From positions 23,090,833 to 23,154,832 of the forward strand of contig CM119263.1 of NCBI GenBank assembly GCA_051294375.1: a stretch of 64,000 nt of DNA, read 5' to 3'. Position 1 is the stretch's first letter, and each line of letters opens with the position of its first letter. The translations under genes and the position numbers were made by a program. Below the pieces are notes generated by a model. That model had not been told where the DNA came from and did no database searches. It was given only the letters and a program-made list of their open reading frames with translations. The DNA is from Paraspadella gotoi. Taxonomy: Eukaryota > Animalia > Chaetognatha. Below, one piece after another: positions 15,702 through 30,403 of the stretch.

Positions 15702-18700
15702 ATGGTTTTCGGAAGTTCGCAGTCCGGGCTCAACGACGCTTCGTCCGGACAGAAACGCGGCCCCGGGCCGTACAGGTATAAAAATATATATATATGTTTA
15801 CTGACGGGCGTTCTGACCTGATTATACACACAATTAGAATTTTACAATTTTGATTTTAAAAGAAATGGTGACGGGAATATCCTATTATATGAAGAATAAT
15901 TTAATTAGTTGCGATCCGATTGAAAAGTGAGAATGCGGAACTCAAGATTGAACTTTGTCGGATTCTCACTCCGCATTAAGTTTTCAATCGGATTTAACGT
16001 TGAGTGAAATTAAAAACAGGAGTGACTCATCTTCATGTTTTTTTTACCATTTTTTCACCCTCTCCCCCATTCACCACTCACCTCATTCTCAGGGCCACCC
16101 TCCTATGGAACGAGATCGTGCGCGTCTTTCACGCTTACCTCCCGCGAAAACGGCACCGATTTCACATGCGCGCCTACGAGGATTGCTTCACTGGCGAGGA
16201 AGCAGTCACCTGGCTCTGGGAATACCTCAAGCAGAATCACAGTTTCGGGCCGAGAGTCTCACGGGAGCAGACCGTCATGTTGTGTCAGAAGCTCATGAGT
16301 TCGAAGGTGATTGTCTTTTACGTTGTATAAGTAAATTGTTTCGAAAAAATAACTCGTTGTCATTAAGGTGATTGTCTTTCATCAGTTACTAGTTTTAATA
16401 ATTCATCGTCATTAATTTACTGTCCCCCTCGTCAATCTAGATTTCTCTACTAGTTCCTTTGTTCCTTTGTTCTTCCTCAGATCTTCGAAGATGTTCGCGG
16501 CGCCAAGCGGCCGGAATATTGCGAATTCAAAGAAGACAATCGCCTCTACAAATTTTCCCAGGATTTCTCGCCCGTCAAGACTCCGCTGGCGCAAAAGACT
16601 GGCCGAGGTATCTTTGTTAATTGTTATATAAATAATAAAATAATAGTTAAATAATAATAATAATTAAATATCGAACTTCGATCAGTAAACATAAAGATTA
16701 TGACCACATGTATGAAAACGAAACCAGGCTTAAGAAACGCCTCAAATTTCACAGATACCTACTGCTACATGAACCGATTTTAAATTCTAACCTAACGATA
16801 ATTCAAACTTACCTCTTTATGTTCAATAATTTCCTTTTTTTTCTCACTTCCCTTTTCCCAAAAAAGACAAGTTTCCTCCTCCCTCGCCTCACCCTCCCTT
16901 CCCTCGAATTCGTCCCGCCGAGCGGACGTACGACAGCGGAGTCGGTTCGCAGAGTCCGTACGCGGATCCGTCAGATCTTCCGCCTCCACTTTTCAATCGG
17001 CTCGATCCACGACGACCCTACGGACGGTCCGCTCCTCGCGCCTCGAGCGGTCCGTCCCCAGCTGGGCGCGGTGGCGGTGGCGGTAAGGAGGGAGACGGGC
17101 GGCCGAAGGAAATCCCCGAGGATGAACGTCCACAGGGTAATAATTCGATGGGATAACGAGGTCGAAGAAGAGAGTGGATCGGTTTCTTGTTTTTATTTTC
17201 TTTCTTTGTTTCTTTTTTTTTTCAAGGTTTCCCTTTGTTTCTTTGGTCCTTTGGATTTTCTCGTATTCTTTGTTTTTGTTTCTTACAAATTTCTCATCTA
17301 GCGTTTTTCAAATTTATATTGTCTTTGAATGATAAAATTGTACACACCAACTCATTACATTATACATATTGAAGAATTGAAGTATTAATAGTAACAATTT
17401 GCAAATTACTTGTTTACTATTTCTCTATTTTTACATTTTATGAAGGATTTAGTATTTTATCTATATTATTTAAACAAATATATATCTAATAATTCAATTT
17501 GGGAAGGGGAAGTCAGTGTTGTCTTCTGGAAATAGAGGGAGCATCTATACAACAAATAATATATCATTTTCTTGCTTTTCTCTCTTTTTCGCATATCTTT
17601 GGTTTTTGCCTTTATTAACTCCCCCCCCTTTTTTTTCCTCGCACGCCTCTTCACCTCCTCCATCCTTACCTTCATCCCCCCCTTCATCCCCTCCCCCTCC
17701 CCTTCATCCCTCTCCTTCATCCCTCTCTCCTCCTCCATCTCCTTTTCCCCCATCCTCTCCTCCCCTCCCTCCATCTCCAGGCTGGGGCGACAAAACCCTC
17801 GATTTCCTCGCGTCGACGATCGGTTCCGCGATTCTCTCATCTTACGCCCCCCGCGACGACGTCGGATTCGGACCAATCATCGCCAAGAACGTTGCCTTGG
17901 CGGCGACGAAACGCGGCGCCGCTCAACCAATCGGGGACGAAGACGAGAGTGATGACGTCCCTCATTGGATACTCTCGGCCATGAGGTGTTTAGCTCATTG
18001 GCCGGAAAAGTCCAAGAGCAACGCCTTTCCTTCTTACAAAGGTGCTCTGAGAATAATTCATCGAATCAGTTGATTCGTATCTGAATTTTTCGATTTAACC
18101 AAGAAATATCTTTTTCATATATTCATATATTATATTCCGCAATCATAATTTTTATCTTTTGTCTCAAAAGAATTTCCATCTTTCAAAAATTCTCAAAGAA
18201 TAGGTCAGAATAAATATTTTTCTTCGTCGCACGTTTTATGCATTCTAACATTTACCTTGTCTCTTGTCTAACAATTCATTGTTAAGTGTGAATACTGAAT
18301 AGTACATAAAATCTAGAAACTAGGTATAGTTAATTATCAGTGCATAATAAATACAAACGCCAAATAATTAGATTAAAACTATTGCCTCGTCCAGGATTCG
18401 AACGGGACGTTTTTAAAGTCATCTCTGATTACTTCGTTTCTCTGCCGGAGCCCCTCGTTCCTTTTCATCTCTATAAGAGTTTCATGGAGATTTTGGAAAA
18501 GGCGGAGAGGAGGGATCGAACCCGGCTCGACACTGGCGGGATGGCGAGTCCGGTGAGTTCGGTATTAGTTAATATTTCTTTACAATATTTTTATGAATTG
18601 ATAGATATTAAAGTTATAAAAATAAGTCAACTGTTAAAAAAAACTTTTTGTACTTTTAGCCAACAAATCGTACATTAATTGTTAAATTTTAAGTTGTAAT

Positions 18701-21700
18701 TTTTTTTAATTTACAATTTTGTAATAACAATTTGTCTTTTAGTCGTCCACACCGACCGCAACGTCACCGCCTTCGTTGGCAGAGACTCCGCGCCGCCCGA
18801 TTCCCTCGTCCGCATCCCTGGGAGACAAGGATTTAAAGTTCAAGGGAAGCCCAATTCTCGAATCCATTTTGCTCATGGACGACCAAGTGTTGGAGGTGAG
18901 TCGTGGGGACTGAAGTCAGTTTTGTCCGTCGTCGTTGTGCCTGTTGTTGTTGTCAATATTTTATATATAGTAATTAACGTATTGTTTTGTTTTTGTTTTG
19001 AGAAGTGATTCCTTCCTTTATTCCCCCCAAGGAATCTCTGATTGTCCCCGTAACTCCCAAGATGGATCAGTCGATCGAAGAGCTCATCCTCGAGATGACG
19101 ACCCACGAGATGTTGGACGATGTTCGTTTGTTGGACGTCGACATGGAGAGCAGCCCTCTGCCGATCACTGCGAAGGCCTTCAACTTTAGAGACGAACGCG
19201 TGGAAGCTCCGCTGTTGCAGCACGTGCCCTTGCAGGCGCCGCCGAAGCCGCCGAGAGCGAGGAGACAGCAAGTTTGTTATACAACTACCGGGAAAAAAAA
19301 ACTTTTTTATGGGACTTATTTTTAAAATAACTGGCTAATCTCATCTCTCCTCGGTAGTATAGTGGTGAGTATCCTCGCCTGTCACGCGAGAGACCGGGGT
19401 TCGATTCCCCGCCGGGGAGCTTTTTTATTTCATTTTTGTTGTGCTTTTAAATGGTAATTTTATCTGCAGACGCAAAGCACGACGAGCTGCCCTATGCCTC
19501 GCACGTCTTGGAGTTGCATGAATCTCTCTAAAATCTGCGAGCGAGACGAGATACATAGCGAAGCGTCGTCCGTCGCCTACGGGAGGCGATCGATCGGGGA
19601 CGAAAATTTCACTGGGGTACGGAGATGGTTGAGCGGGGGGGCTTTTTCGTTGTTTTTTGGGCTTTTTTGCTATTTTGCTTCTTTTCACTCAAAACAGTTG
19701 CTGATTTTGCGATAGCTTTCATTACAGTGTTAACATATACGTTATTTAGATGCAAAGACATGAGAGCAATGAAATGACGACGTAAATATTTTTTTATTTA
19801 TACTTATATTAAATGCATTTCTAATATTGTAATTTCATTAAACTTTGATATAAATTTAATATAAATTTAATATAAATTTAATATATAATTCCATCAATTT
19901 ATTAAGTTTAACCGTCCTACGACATTAACAAATTATTCTTATTAATCCTCCAAGGCGCGCGAATCTCGACGCCCCCTGCTTCTCCAGCACGAGTTCGGCT
20001 CCTCGCCCCAGCATTTCCGGCCTTCGCCTCCGGAGATGGTGAGAAGGGCGCCGGAATACGAACGCCGCGCGCAGGATTCGTGGCGGATGAGCGCCGGATC
20101 TCTGCTGTCGTTGCAGAAGGAAGTGGCGGAAAAGACGAATCCGGAAGAGTCGATGTTTTTGGAGACGGAGTTCGGGGACGCGGACGAGGTGATTGGTCGA
20201 TGAAAGGGTGATTGGTTGAGTGAGAAGTGATTAGTAAAGGAAAGAGTGATTGATAAAGGAAGATTTATATAATTGGTGATTCTCAAAGGAGTGATCGGTA
20301 GAGGAAAATGTGATTGATGGAGGAAGGAGTGATTGGTGAAAGGAGTGATTTACGATGAAAGAATTGTTTGGGGAAGAAGATTTTTGAATAATATACTTTG
20401 CGATTGTGTTGTACTAATTGTCAATATTTATCGCCTCAGTTTTCGAATTTCCGACTATTCTTTCTCTATCTTCATTGGTTTTTACTCTTCATAGAAACAT
20501 CGACTTCTTTTTCAAGGTTCGCACTAAACTCGTAACTCGCCCGTCGCGGTCGTCTCTTCTTCATCGCGCCGCCACCTTTACCGCCGAAGACCGCCCGTCC
20601 CCCACCTCGCACTCCCGACCAATCTCCCACCTCCGACCCGCCTCCATCTCTTCCGCCGCCCCCGATACCACCTTCGCTTCCTCGGTGCCTCAGCACCGCG
20701 GCGGCGTCGGGACCTTCGCTTCGTCCGGCACCAGCGACGCCGGAACTGAAACGGACGGCGTTGGAAGCGAGAGCGTGCGGAGCCACGGGACGGAGACCGA
20801 CTCGATGGCTGGCAGCGGCGTTGGAGTCGGTCGCGGTTGCGCGTCGACAGAGTGGTTCTATTCTGCTGAAGACGTGTTGGAGGAGAGGAGTAGGATCAAA
20901 GGGGAAGCTTTGAAGCGTCATAGGTCTAAAAGCGTCGGTGAGTGGACATTTGATGAAATAGTAAATCTTATATTAATTTTTTAAAAAACTCATGCAACTT
21001 TGTCAGGTTGGAATTCAGATAGTTCTCTTCACAATTTTTAATATTTTACATTGATACGGTATAATTGTTATGAAAATATATTCTGTAAACAACACAAATT
21101 TCCAGAATCTTTCGGACTCTCGGTGCAACTGTCGGGCACGCCCACTCCGGACTTCGACGACCTCGACGTGCGTATGTCTTCGTTCGGTGATGGGCTCAGT
21201 CTCGGGCCAATCGCCCAGGGACGTCGGGCTCAAGATGGACAGGCGACGAAATTGGGGCAGATGAAGAAGGGAAGATGTCTGCACAAGTCGGCGGACAACT
21301 TGAGTCGTCGATCGAGCAGGGTGCACGGACGCGGAAATGGACGCGAGATCAGGTTGGCCATTTCTACGCGTTTTTTTATTGATAGTGGATGTTGATTAGC
21401 GGAGAAGAACCTATCCTTTAATAAATTAGTTTTAAGGTGAACTTCTCAATCAAACTAGAATATTATTTTATCTCATCACTAAATTTTTAGCAATCGTATC
21501 GGTAATGTGCACTAGCTAAATTTGATTAAATGTAATTAACTTGATCCTTCCAGCCCCCCATATCCTGGGAATCACTCGAAAGTCTCCTACGAGGAATTGC
21601 GTGACTTCGAATCGGGCGACGCGCGCCGATTCAAAAGCACCGAGTCTTTGGCTTGTAGCGATGGATCCGTGACGACGTCGACGGCGACTGAAGCTTCGCT

Positions 21701-23868
21701 GCTGCCATCTGGACATCGGGACGACGAATCAACGACGACGACGACGACGACATCGTCAGCGGTGCCGTCGGATCGACGTTCCGTCACTCTTTCCAAGTCG
21801 AAACTACAACCGCCTTTCGTCTCCAACTCGTTGATGAACAGATACTTGAGTCGAGCGGGTTCGTCCGCTTCCGGGAGCGTCATTTCCGCTTCTAGAACAT
21901 GCTCGGTCGCTTCCGGGACAGCCTCGTCCGCTTCTCGATTCGATCAGGGTTTAAAGAGGGTAAAGCAGTGGTGCGCCGCGGCGGAGGCTTCGACGAAGAG
22001 GCTAAGCGGAAGTTTGAGTTCGGGTAAGTTGAGTAAACATCTTTCTCCCTAGAAATGCTAATAATTTGTCTCTTATTAATTAAAACGGGTTCTTTTTAAA
22101 TATTTTTTTAACTCCATGAAACCACCCCCAACATCAGTCCAAGAGAGCGACGTCTCCGTTCCATTATCGTGGACGACGGCTCGGACGCGCTTCCTCGAGT
22201 CGCAAGGCTCGCTCCTCGGCGATAACCCGACAAATTCACCAGAGCAGATGCAGCAAATGCGGCAGTCGAAGCTGCAGGAGGAGCGATTATACTTGAAGAT
22301 GCAAAACGAAACTGAGGATAGAACGATATCTCCGATTCCGAAGGTAAGTTACTTTGGTAAGATGTATAAAAACGTCTAATTTACTTTTAAACGAATTAAA
22401 TTCTCCAGAACTCTCTGGCGATCGATTGGAGATCCTCCGTCTCGCCCTTTGATCCGCTCACTTCTACCGGAAATTACAACTCCGCCGTTTTGTCTCCGGC
22501 GCCCGAGGCTGTTACTTTGAACGCCGGTTTGTTTAGTCGAGGCGCTAATAACGCAGCTCGGTTCGACGCCGATTCCGTCAGCGGCGCCTCTACCGGAGAT
22601 ACGAGATCTCAATCCTCGTACAAAACCGCGAAGCCACCGACTTCAACGCTCGACGTTACGACGGGTAACGGGGTTTGAAATATAGACATTGTTAAATTAA
22701 TAACGTAGTAGATAATACTATTGATAAGCAGGACTATGGCCAATAAATATATGCGAATTTGGTTATTTTTTCATTTTTTCGTTGGTATTTTTGACCCAAT
22801 ATGCTTTGACTCTTGTTTCTCAGATTTGGAGATTCACTTGAAAGAGAAACAATTGCGCCGCCAAGCGTCGAAAAGCGAGAAACGCGAGAATCGAAAGTCG
22901 CTCGACGTGGGAATTCAAACAGATTTGACGCTGTTGATGGCGTCGAAGGAATTCGTCTCTTGTCTCAAGATCGCGTTGCAAGTCTCGCTGCTCTTCGTTC
23001 CTTCGGGTAAACTTTGTCATTTGTTTATAAATGTTCATGATTTAATATCAAATTAGAAGAATATTAAAGACAAATTAGAAAAATAATTATTTATCCAGGA
23101 AACCGCCGCAAGCTCTACCTCCTACTCCGCCTCTGTCGCCGCATCCAGAACAACCCCAAACTCGTTCTCTTCGATCCTTCGGTCGACGTCCGCGAGGAGC
23201 TCAAGCGCATCTTCGCCTCCAGCGTCGTTCGATCGCCCAACGGGTCGTCGACGTCGCCGCGAGAGGCCGCGGCTCGACGCCGTCTTCTCGACTGCGTTTA
23301 CGATAACGCCGACGACATCATGTCGCCACCGGCGGAACTCCGCGACGCTCTCGGCGAACTGCAATGCCCTTTCAAAGGGTGCCAAGTGAAGTCGACGGAA
23401 CGTTCTGGGAGAGAGACGACTTCGCCGACTCCCCGCTCGACTAAACCCCTCGTCGACGTCAATGCCAACGCCAATCATCATGCCAACTCTAACGTCAACG
23501 CTACTACCGACGACGTCGGCAAATCTTATTGCCAACGAATGACCCCCGACGAGATGGAGATGAGGAAGCGAGAATCGGCCTCCAAGGGTCTGGAGACTCT
23601 GCTCGAGTCGATCGTCAAGAGCGAGGTGCTGCCGCTCAAAGAAAAGCGCAAGAAACTTACCCAATTCCAGCAAACACACCCGGATGTCTTTAGGAGGATG
23701 TTCCCTACACGAGAGCATCTCGAGGTCATTCTGGAGCAGCAAAAGGGAAGGAGAAAGGAGGATAAGGACAAAGAGAACAAGGAGAACAAGGAGAACAAGG
23801 AGAACAAAGAGAAAAAGGATAACAAAAAGAGGAGATCCTGGAAACCCGTTAATTTTTTCCGCTTGTGA
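15702..23868 (+). CDS. DEPDC1: DEP domain-containing protein 1 (DEP + split RhoGAP-like domain), ~17 exons
   Basis: GPGPYR|ATLLWNEIV...RHRFHMRAYEDCFTGEEAVTWL (DEP), FKEDNRLYKF, DDVPHWILSAMRCLAHWP, YKG|FERDVFKVISDYFVSLPEPLVPF, ALQVSLLFVPS|ENRRKLYLLLRL and KEKRKKLTQFQQTHPDVFRRMFP are all hallmark DEPDC1A/B motifs. Stop at 23866-23868. Confidence 0.93.
17397..17556 (+). repeat. Intronic copy of the dispersed repeat seen at 60050-60425, lacking the hammerhead segment
   Basis: Near-identical ~45-bp block at 17506-17550 vs ~60377-60419, plus a second shared AT-rich block. Confidence 0.7.
19348..19419 (+). tRNA. tRNA-Asp (GTC), intronic in DEPDC1
   Basis: TCCTCGG/CCGGGGA acceptor stem, D-loop TAGTATAGTGGTGAGTA, anticodon stem CTCGC-CTGTCAC-GCGAG, T-loop GGTTCGATTCC, discriminator G, T6 Pol III terminator at 19421-19426. 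Confidence 0.98.
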
Positions 23869-24214
23869 TTTCAATGGAAAAAAACATATTTTTCTTTTTG
23901 CTTTTGGTTCGTGTTTCTTTTGTTTTGGTTGTGATCTGCTGATATGGTCTCATTGGTTAAACCGCCATCTATCTAAAAATTGCCAACGCTTCGGGTGGGC
24001 GATGCGACTAACTCAAAATTGTATTTGGATTGTTATTTGTTTCACTGCTTTTGGGATTTTTGTTCCGGATAATAGACACACAGTTTTTGAAAATGTAATT
24101 TAATGTATCAAAGTAAAGCAATAAGCAATAAAGCACAGTCGAAGCAGAAAGGTTTTTAAATTCAGGACAGATTTTTGCTAAGCTTTGTTTGTGTTTTCTA
24201 TCATTTTGTTTTGA

Positions 24215-25968
<1,754 letters not shown>

Positions 25969-26032
25969 TTTTTAAAGCTTTAATGCACAAGTTGGTTTAG
26001 TTTCGGTTCAACGTTTCGGTATAAAAATTCGC

Positions 26033-26046
26033 GAGTCCTTAGCAAC
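26033..26046 (-). promoter_or_regulatory. RFX X-box-like motif upstream of ARMH1
   Basis: GTTGCTAAGGACTC on the minus strand, ~65 bp upstream of the ARMH1 ATG. The GTTGCY half-site is strong. Confidence 0.5.
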
Positions 26047-26795
26047 GAGTGCCTTTTGTTAGTTTCCTGTTTTCCCCTTTCTTACAGCGCTGAGAAGTCG
26101 CAGCGGTAAAAAAGTTCCTATGTTGATCTTAAAATTACTTTATCGATGGTGACATAAATCATTTAGGTCGGAATACTATAAATTTAACAAAAAAATTTTT
26201 ATATCAACTGATATTAGACTTTAAAAAAAAGGTCGAATTCATTTCTCAAACTACGTAAATTAAATTAAATTAACATCGAAGCTTAAAAATACACACCTAA
26301 ATTTAAATTCCATATTTCTATTGTAGGGCGGTTCGCTCACCCAGCAGAGCTTCTAACGACTCACAATATGCTCCCGCTAACCGCCTCCTCCGAATCCCGC
26401 CGCCCCGACAAAAGGGGAGCGCCTTTCCTCGGTTTTAATCAAACACCGGAAATCCCTTCCCGCGGCAGAGTCGCGCCGCCTTACCTGAATCCTCAATGAA
26501 ACCCACAAACCGACGCTCGAATTTTTTTGAATTAAACCGCGTCTCTTCCCCTCGGCGCCTCCCGCTCCCGCTCCACCTCTTCCAACCCCTGCCCCTCCGA
26601 AAAAAAAAAAACGGGATCTTTAAATTTTATTGCCGCCGTCACTGGCGGCGTTGGCGGGCGGGCGGCGGCGGGCGCGGGCGGGCGGTTCGAATTTTTTTTT
26701 TTTCTTCTCTGGTTTTTGGTTTCCCCGTTTTTATTCTTCCACGCATCCGTTAAAGACCAAAAATCCGCCACCCCGTTTCCATTAATATCGTGGTC

Positions 26796-26826
<31 letters not shown>

Positions 26827-27125
26827 CTTCTCTCTCTCTCTCTCTCTTCTCTCTTCTCTCCTCCTCCTCTCTCTCTCCTCTCTCTCTCTCTCCTCCCCGA
26901 TCCACTTCCCTCCTCCTCCTTTTTCCTCCGAATTTGCATCATTGGAGATTTTTATTTTCCAAAAGAATTTTATCACCCGAAGGGAAAAAAAGAATTTGGC
27001 GGCATTGTTAAAAAAAAAAAGAAGAAAGAAAAAAACTGAGGAAAATAAGGAAAAAGGTGCACGCGCCTTCGCTTTAATTTTTGTTGACAAAAGTCGACGA
27101 TTTTCCCGAAAGATTTCATTTTCTT

Positions 27126-27220
<95 letters not shown>

Positions 27221-28228
27221 CTCCATCCCGCGCGGCGTGAGGAGAGGGGAAGTGTTCATTGGCACAAGCAAACGAAATAAATTTGATGGAGATGTTTTGA
27301 AAAATTGAAAATTGTAGGTTTCGCGAGTGTTGATGGCACTTTCCAGTTTTCGGTTTAAGTTTTTCTCTTTTCAAGAAAATAAGCAATCAGAGAAACCGTG
27401 GAATTTTTCACGTCGTCGTTCGACGGGTCCCCCCCCCTTGTTCCCACTATTATTAACTCAATAAAGTTATTAAGTGTTTTTCTGTGAATCATTCAAAAAT
27501 AATGACGAAGTATTTGATCGTCAGGAACAAGCGATAGTTGATTAAAACAAAAAAGAAATTTAGCGTCAATAGATATATTAGTCGTAGTCTCGAGTTCAGT
27601 CATTTGTCACAAGTGTACTCTGTGAAGTGAATTGTGAAGTGAAGTGAAGTATGAAACGTCAAGTAAATATGAACTTTTTTGAGTAGATTCTATGAAAAAC
27701 ATTTTTAGCTAATTTTTTGAAAGGAATCACAAACCTACTTTCCGGTACTGTGATATGCACAACAACGAGTTTAAAATGTTAAACAATTAAAGAAGGGTTA
27801 GGTCATCAGAGACTAAAAATTTTATTGTAGCATATTTAGGTAAAATTACTTATTTTTAACTCAGTTTCGAGCGTATTATCAGATTAGTGATTTTTCTTTA
27901 ATTGGTTAAAGTGTTTCAAATTTATCCGCCTCCTTTTATATTCTTCTCTTCGAAATCCATTTCTCAATTTCGCTCCAGTTTCACATCACTTCACTCCGAC
28001 CATCGATCCCCTCTACCTCCCTCCCCCCCCCCATCCTCCCCCTTCTTTTTTCACGACCCTTTCTTCGCCAGAGTATTTTTCCATAAACAGATCCGATTTT
28101 GGTTTTAATCCTCTCCCATTGTCTGGAGGCTTTGTCGCGCTCCGAGTTGATTGTTTGACAGGATATTATTGGTTCTTCGTCTCCGCGAAACTAAAACCAA
28201 ATTTCATTTCGCGGAAGAGGCAGAAGGA

Positions 28229-28312
<84 letters not shown>

Positions 28313-29063
28313 AGAGAGAAGAGACACAGCAGCAAACTTCGCGGCTCTGACGCGGCGCCGGCGATCGGCGAAGCCCCAAAACAAAATTTGCAATTCTTAA
28401 ATGATCTGAAAGATAGAGCCGGTGTAAGGAAAGTGAGGCGCCGCGGGGCGTGGCCTCCCCCTTGAAAGGGTGAGGAAGAGCGTGTTAAGGTAAGGCTGAT
28501 GCGAGCAGAGAACGTCGGTTGGTGAGGATATGGAAAAGCTGAAGTGTAACGCGGGAAGACGTCGGTGAGGCAAAGCAAGGACGTCGTGGAAAATCATCCC
28601 GCGGGAGTGAAGCGAAGCGAGAGAAAGATTGGGAGATAAACAATGATAAGATAGAGAGTGAGAGATGGAGTCGGAAGACGGAAGGAGAGGAAACGTTGGG
28701 TGAAACGCGAAAGAGAAGTTTCGGTGTTGCGCAAAATCACGGAGGCTGCATCACGTGACGAAAAGATGAGATTTCTAGGAAAAGGTATAAAATGGGGAGA
28801 AAGAAAAGTGGAAGGGAGGGTGAAAAAAAATGAAGGGAGAAGGGGAAGGGGAATAGAAAGTGGGTTGAAAAGAGTAGAATAATTTCAAAAAGGGGAAAGA
28901 AAAAATGAAGAGAAAGTGGGAGAAATAGAAAAGGGGGAGATAGATTGAAAAGAAGGGGAGCGAAAAAATAGGTAAAAAAAATACATTGAGGAAAAAAAGG
29001 GAAAGGGCAGAAAAAGGAAGAAGGGAGAAAGAGGGACAAGGGAGGGAAGGGAAGGGGAAGGGG

Positions 29064-29088
29064 NNNNNNNNNNNNNNNNNNNNNNNNN
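29064..29088. other. Assembly gap (N run); others at 25641-25659, 54785-54794, 55781-55790
   Basis: N characters. Confidence 1.
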
Positions 29089-30339
29089 AGGGGGACAAAG
29101 GTTGGAAAAAGACAAAAGAGAGAAGGGGAGAAAAACCGAAGGGGAAAAGAAAGGACGGAAGGGGAAAGAAAAGAGAAAAGGCAAAGAAGGCAGAGGAAAG
29201 GAGACCAAAGCAGGAAAGGGACAAGGGAGGAAAGGAAAGGGGAAGGGAGAGAAAAAGGAAGAAGGGAGGAAAGAGGGACAAGGGAGGAAAGGGACAAGGG
29301 AGGAAAGGAAAGGGGAAGGGGAAAAAAGGAAGAAGGGAGGAAAGAAGGACAAGGGTGGAAAGGGAAAAGGGAGGAAAGGAAAGGGGAAGAAGAAAAGGCA
29401 CGGAAGACGAACGCGAACCCGAAAAAAAACTACACCTGAGCTTAAAAATCTGTGCTCCACCATTTTTTTTGAGAGAGAAAAAAAATTGAGACTAAGCTCA
29501 GGTTTAATTTTCTTTTATTTCATAGTTCTTTCTTTTTTTTTTTTTTCTTTCTAACTTTCTTTCTTTCTTTCTTTCTTTCTTCTTTCTTTCTTTCTTTCTT
29601 TCTTTTCATTACTATCTTTATTTCTTTCATTCTATCTATCTTTCTTTCTTTTATTTCTTTCTTTTTTCTCTCTTTCTTCTTTTCGTTGGAATAAAAATTT
29701 TTCGCGAGAATGAGAGAATGAGAAACCAAAAGAAAAAAAATATGAATAAAATGAAAAGAAGACAAACAAACTTTTCCACTCTTCAGTTTTCTTTTTTTAT
29801 TTTATTTTCCTTTTTTTTTTGCATCTGCGTCGCTCGACATTCGCGGACTTCCAAAAAAAAAAAGAAGAAAAACTCGCGAATGAAAATTATGATTGTACTT
29901 TACGAAATGTTAAAAAAATAAGAAGAAAAAAAACAATAGTACTTCTCGTCAGTTTATGTTTTGAACCTCATTACTCGGTTGTTGTTGTTGTTGTTTTTTT
30001 GTGTTGTTTTTTTTTTTCAAACCCGAAAAGAAAAATGATCCACGCGAGGAGAAAAAGACGGATGCGACGACTGGCGGGCATCTGTCGGAATTACTTTTCA
30101 CGCCATCTCTTATATGAGAAATTGATAAACAAAAGAACAAAACGACGGCGAAAGCGTTGGAAGGGGGCGGCGAGAGGGGGGGGGAAGAGTTGAGGAAGAG
30201 AAAAAAAATATCAATTTTTCAAAACTCGTCATTACAAAACAAAACTCGTCGGCAACGTGGAAGACGACGAGCATCGGCGACGTCGCGAGCAGGTATCCTC
30301 GAAATGAAAAATATCCCGAACGCCACGAGAGAGAGAGAA

Positions 30340-30403
<64 letters not shown>

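Noticed and set aside
16325-16395. Minus-strand CTGATGA...CGAAAC resembling a second hammerhead
   Set aside because: No stem II can form between the core motifs; the region is explained by a short local duplication (AAGGTGATTGTCTTT) at a DEPDC1 splice donor.
20189-20350. Repeated GTGATTGG (CCAAT-like) motifs in a DEPDC1 intron
   Set aside because: A degenerate ~20-bp tandem repeat; no evidence of promoter function.
23122-23874. 250-aa antisense ORF, and similar shadow ORFs over 10.6-12.4 kb and 56-57.5 kb
   Set aside because: Antisense or alternate-frame shadows of GC-rich real exons.
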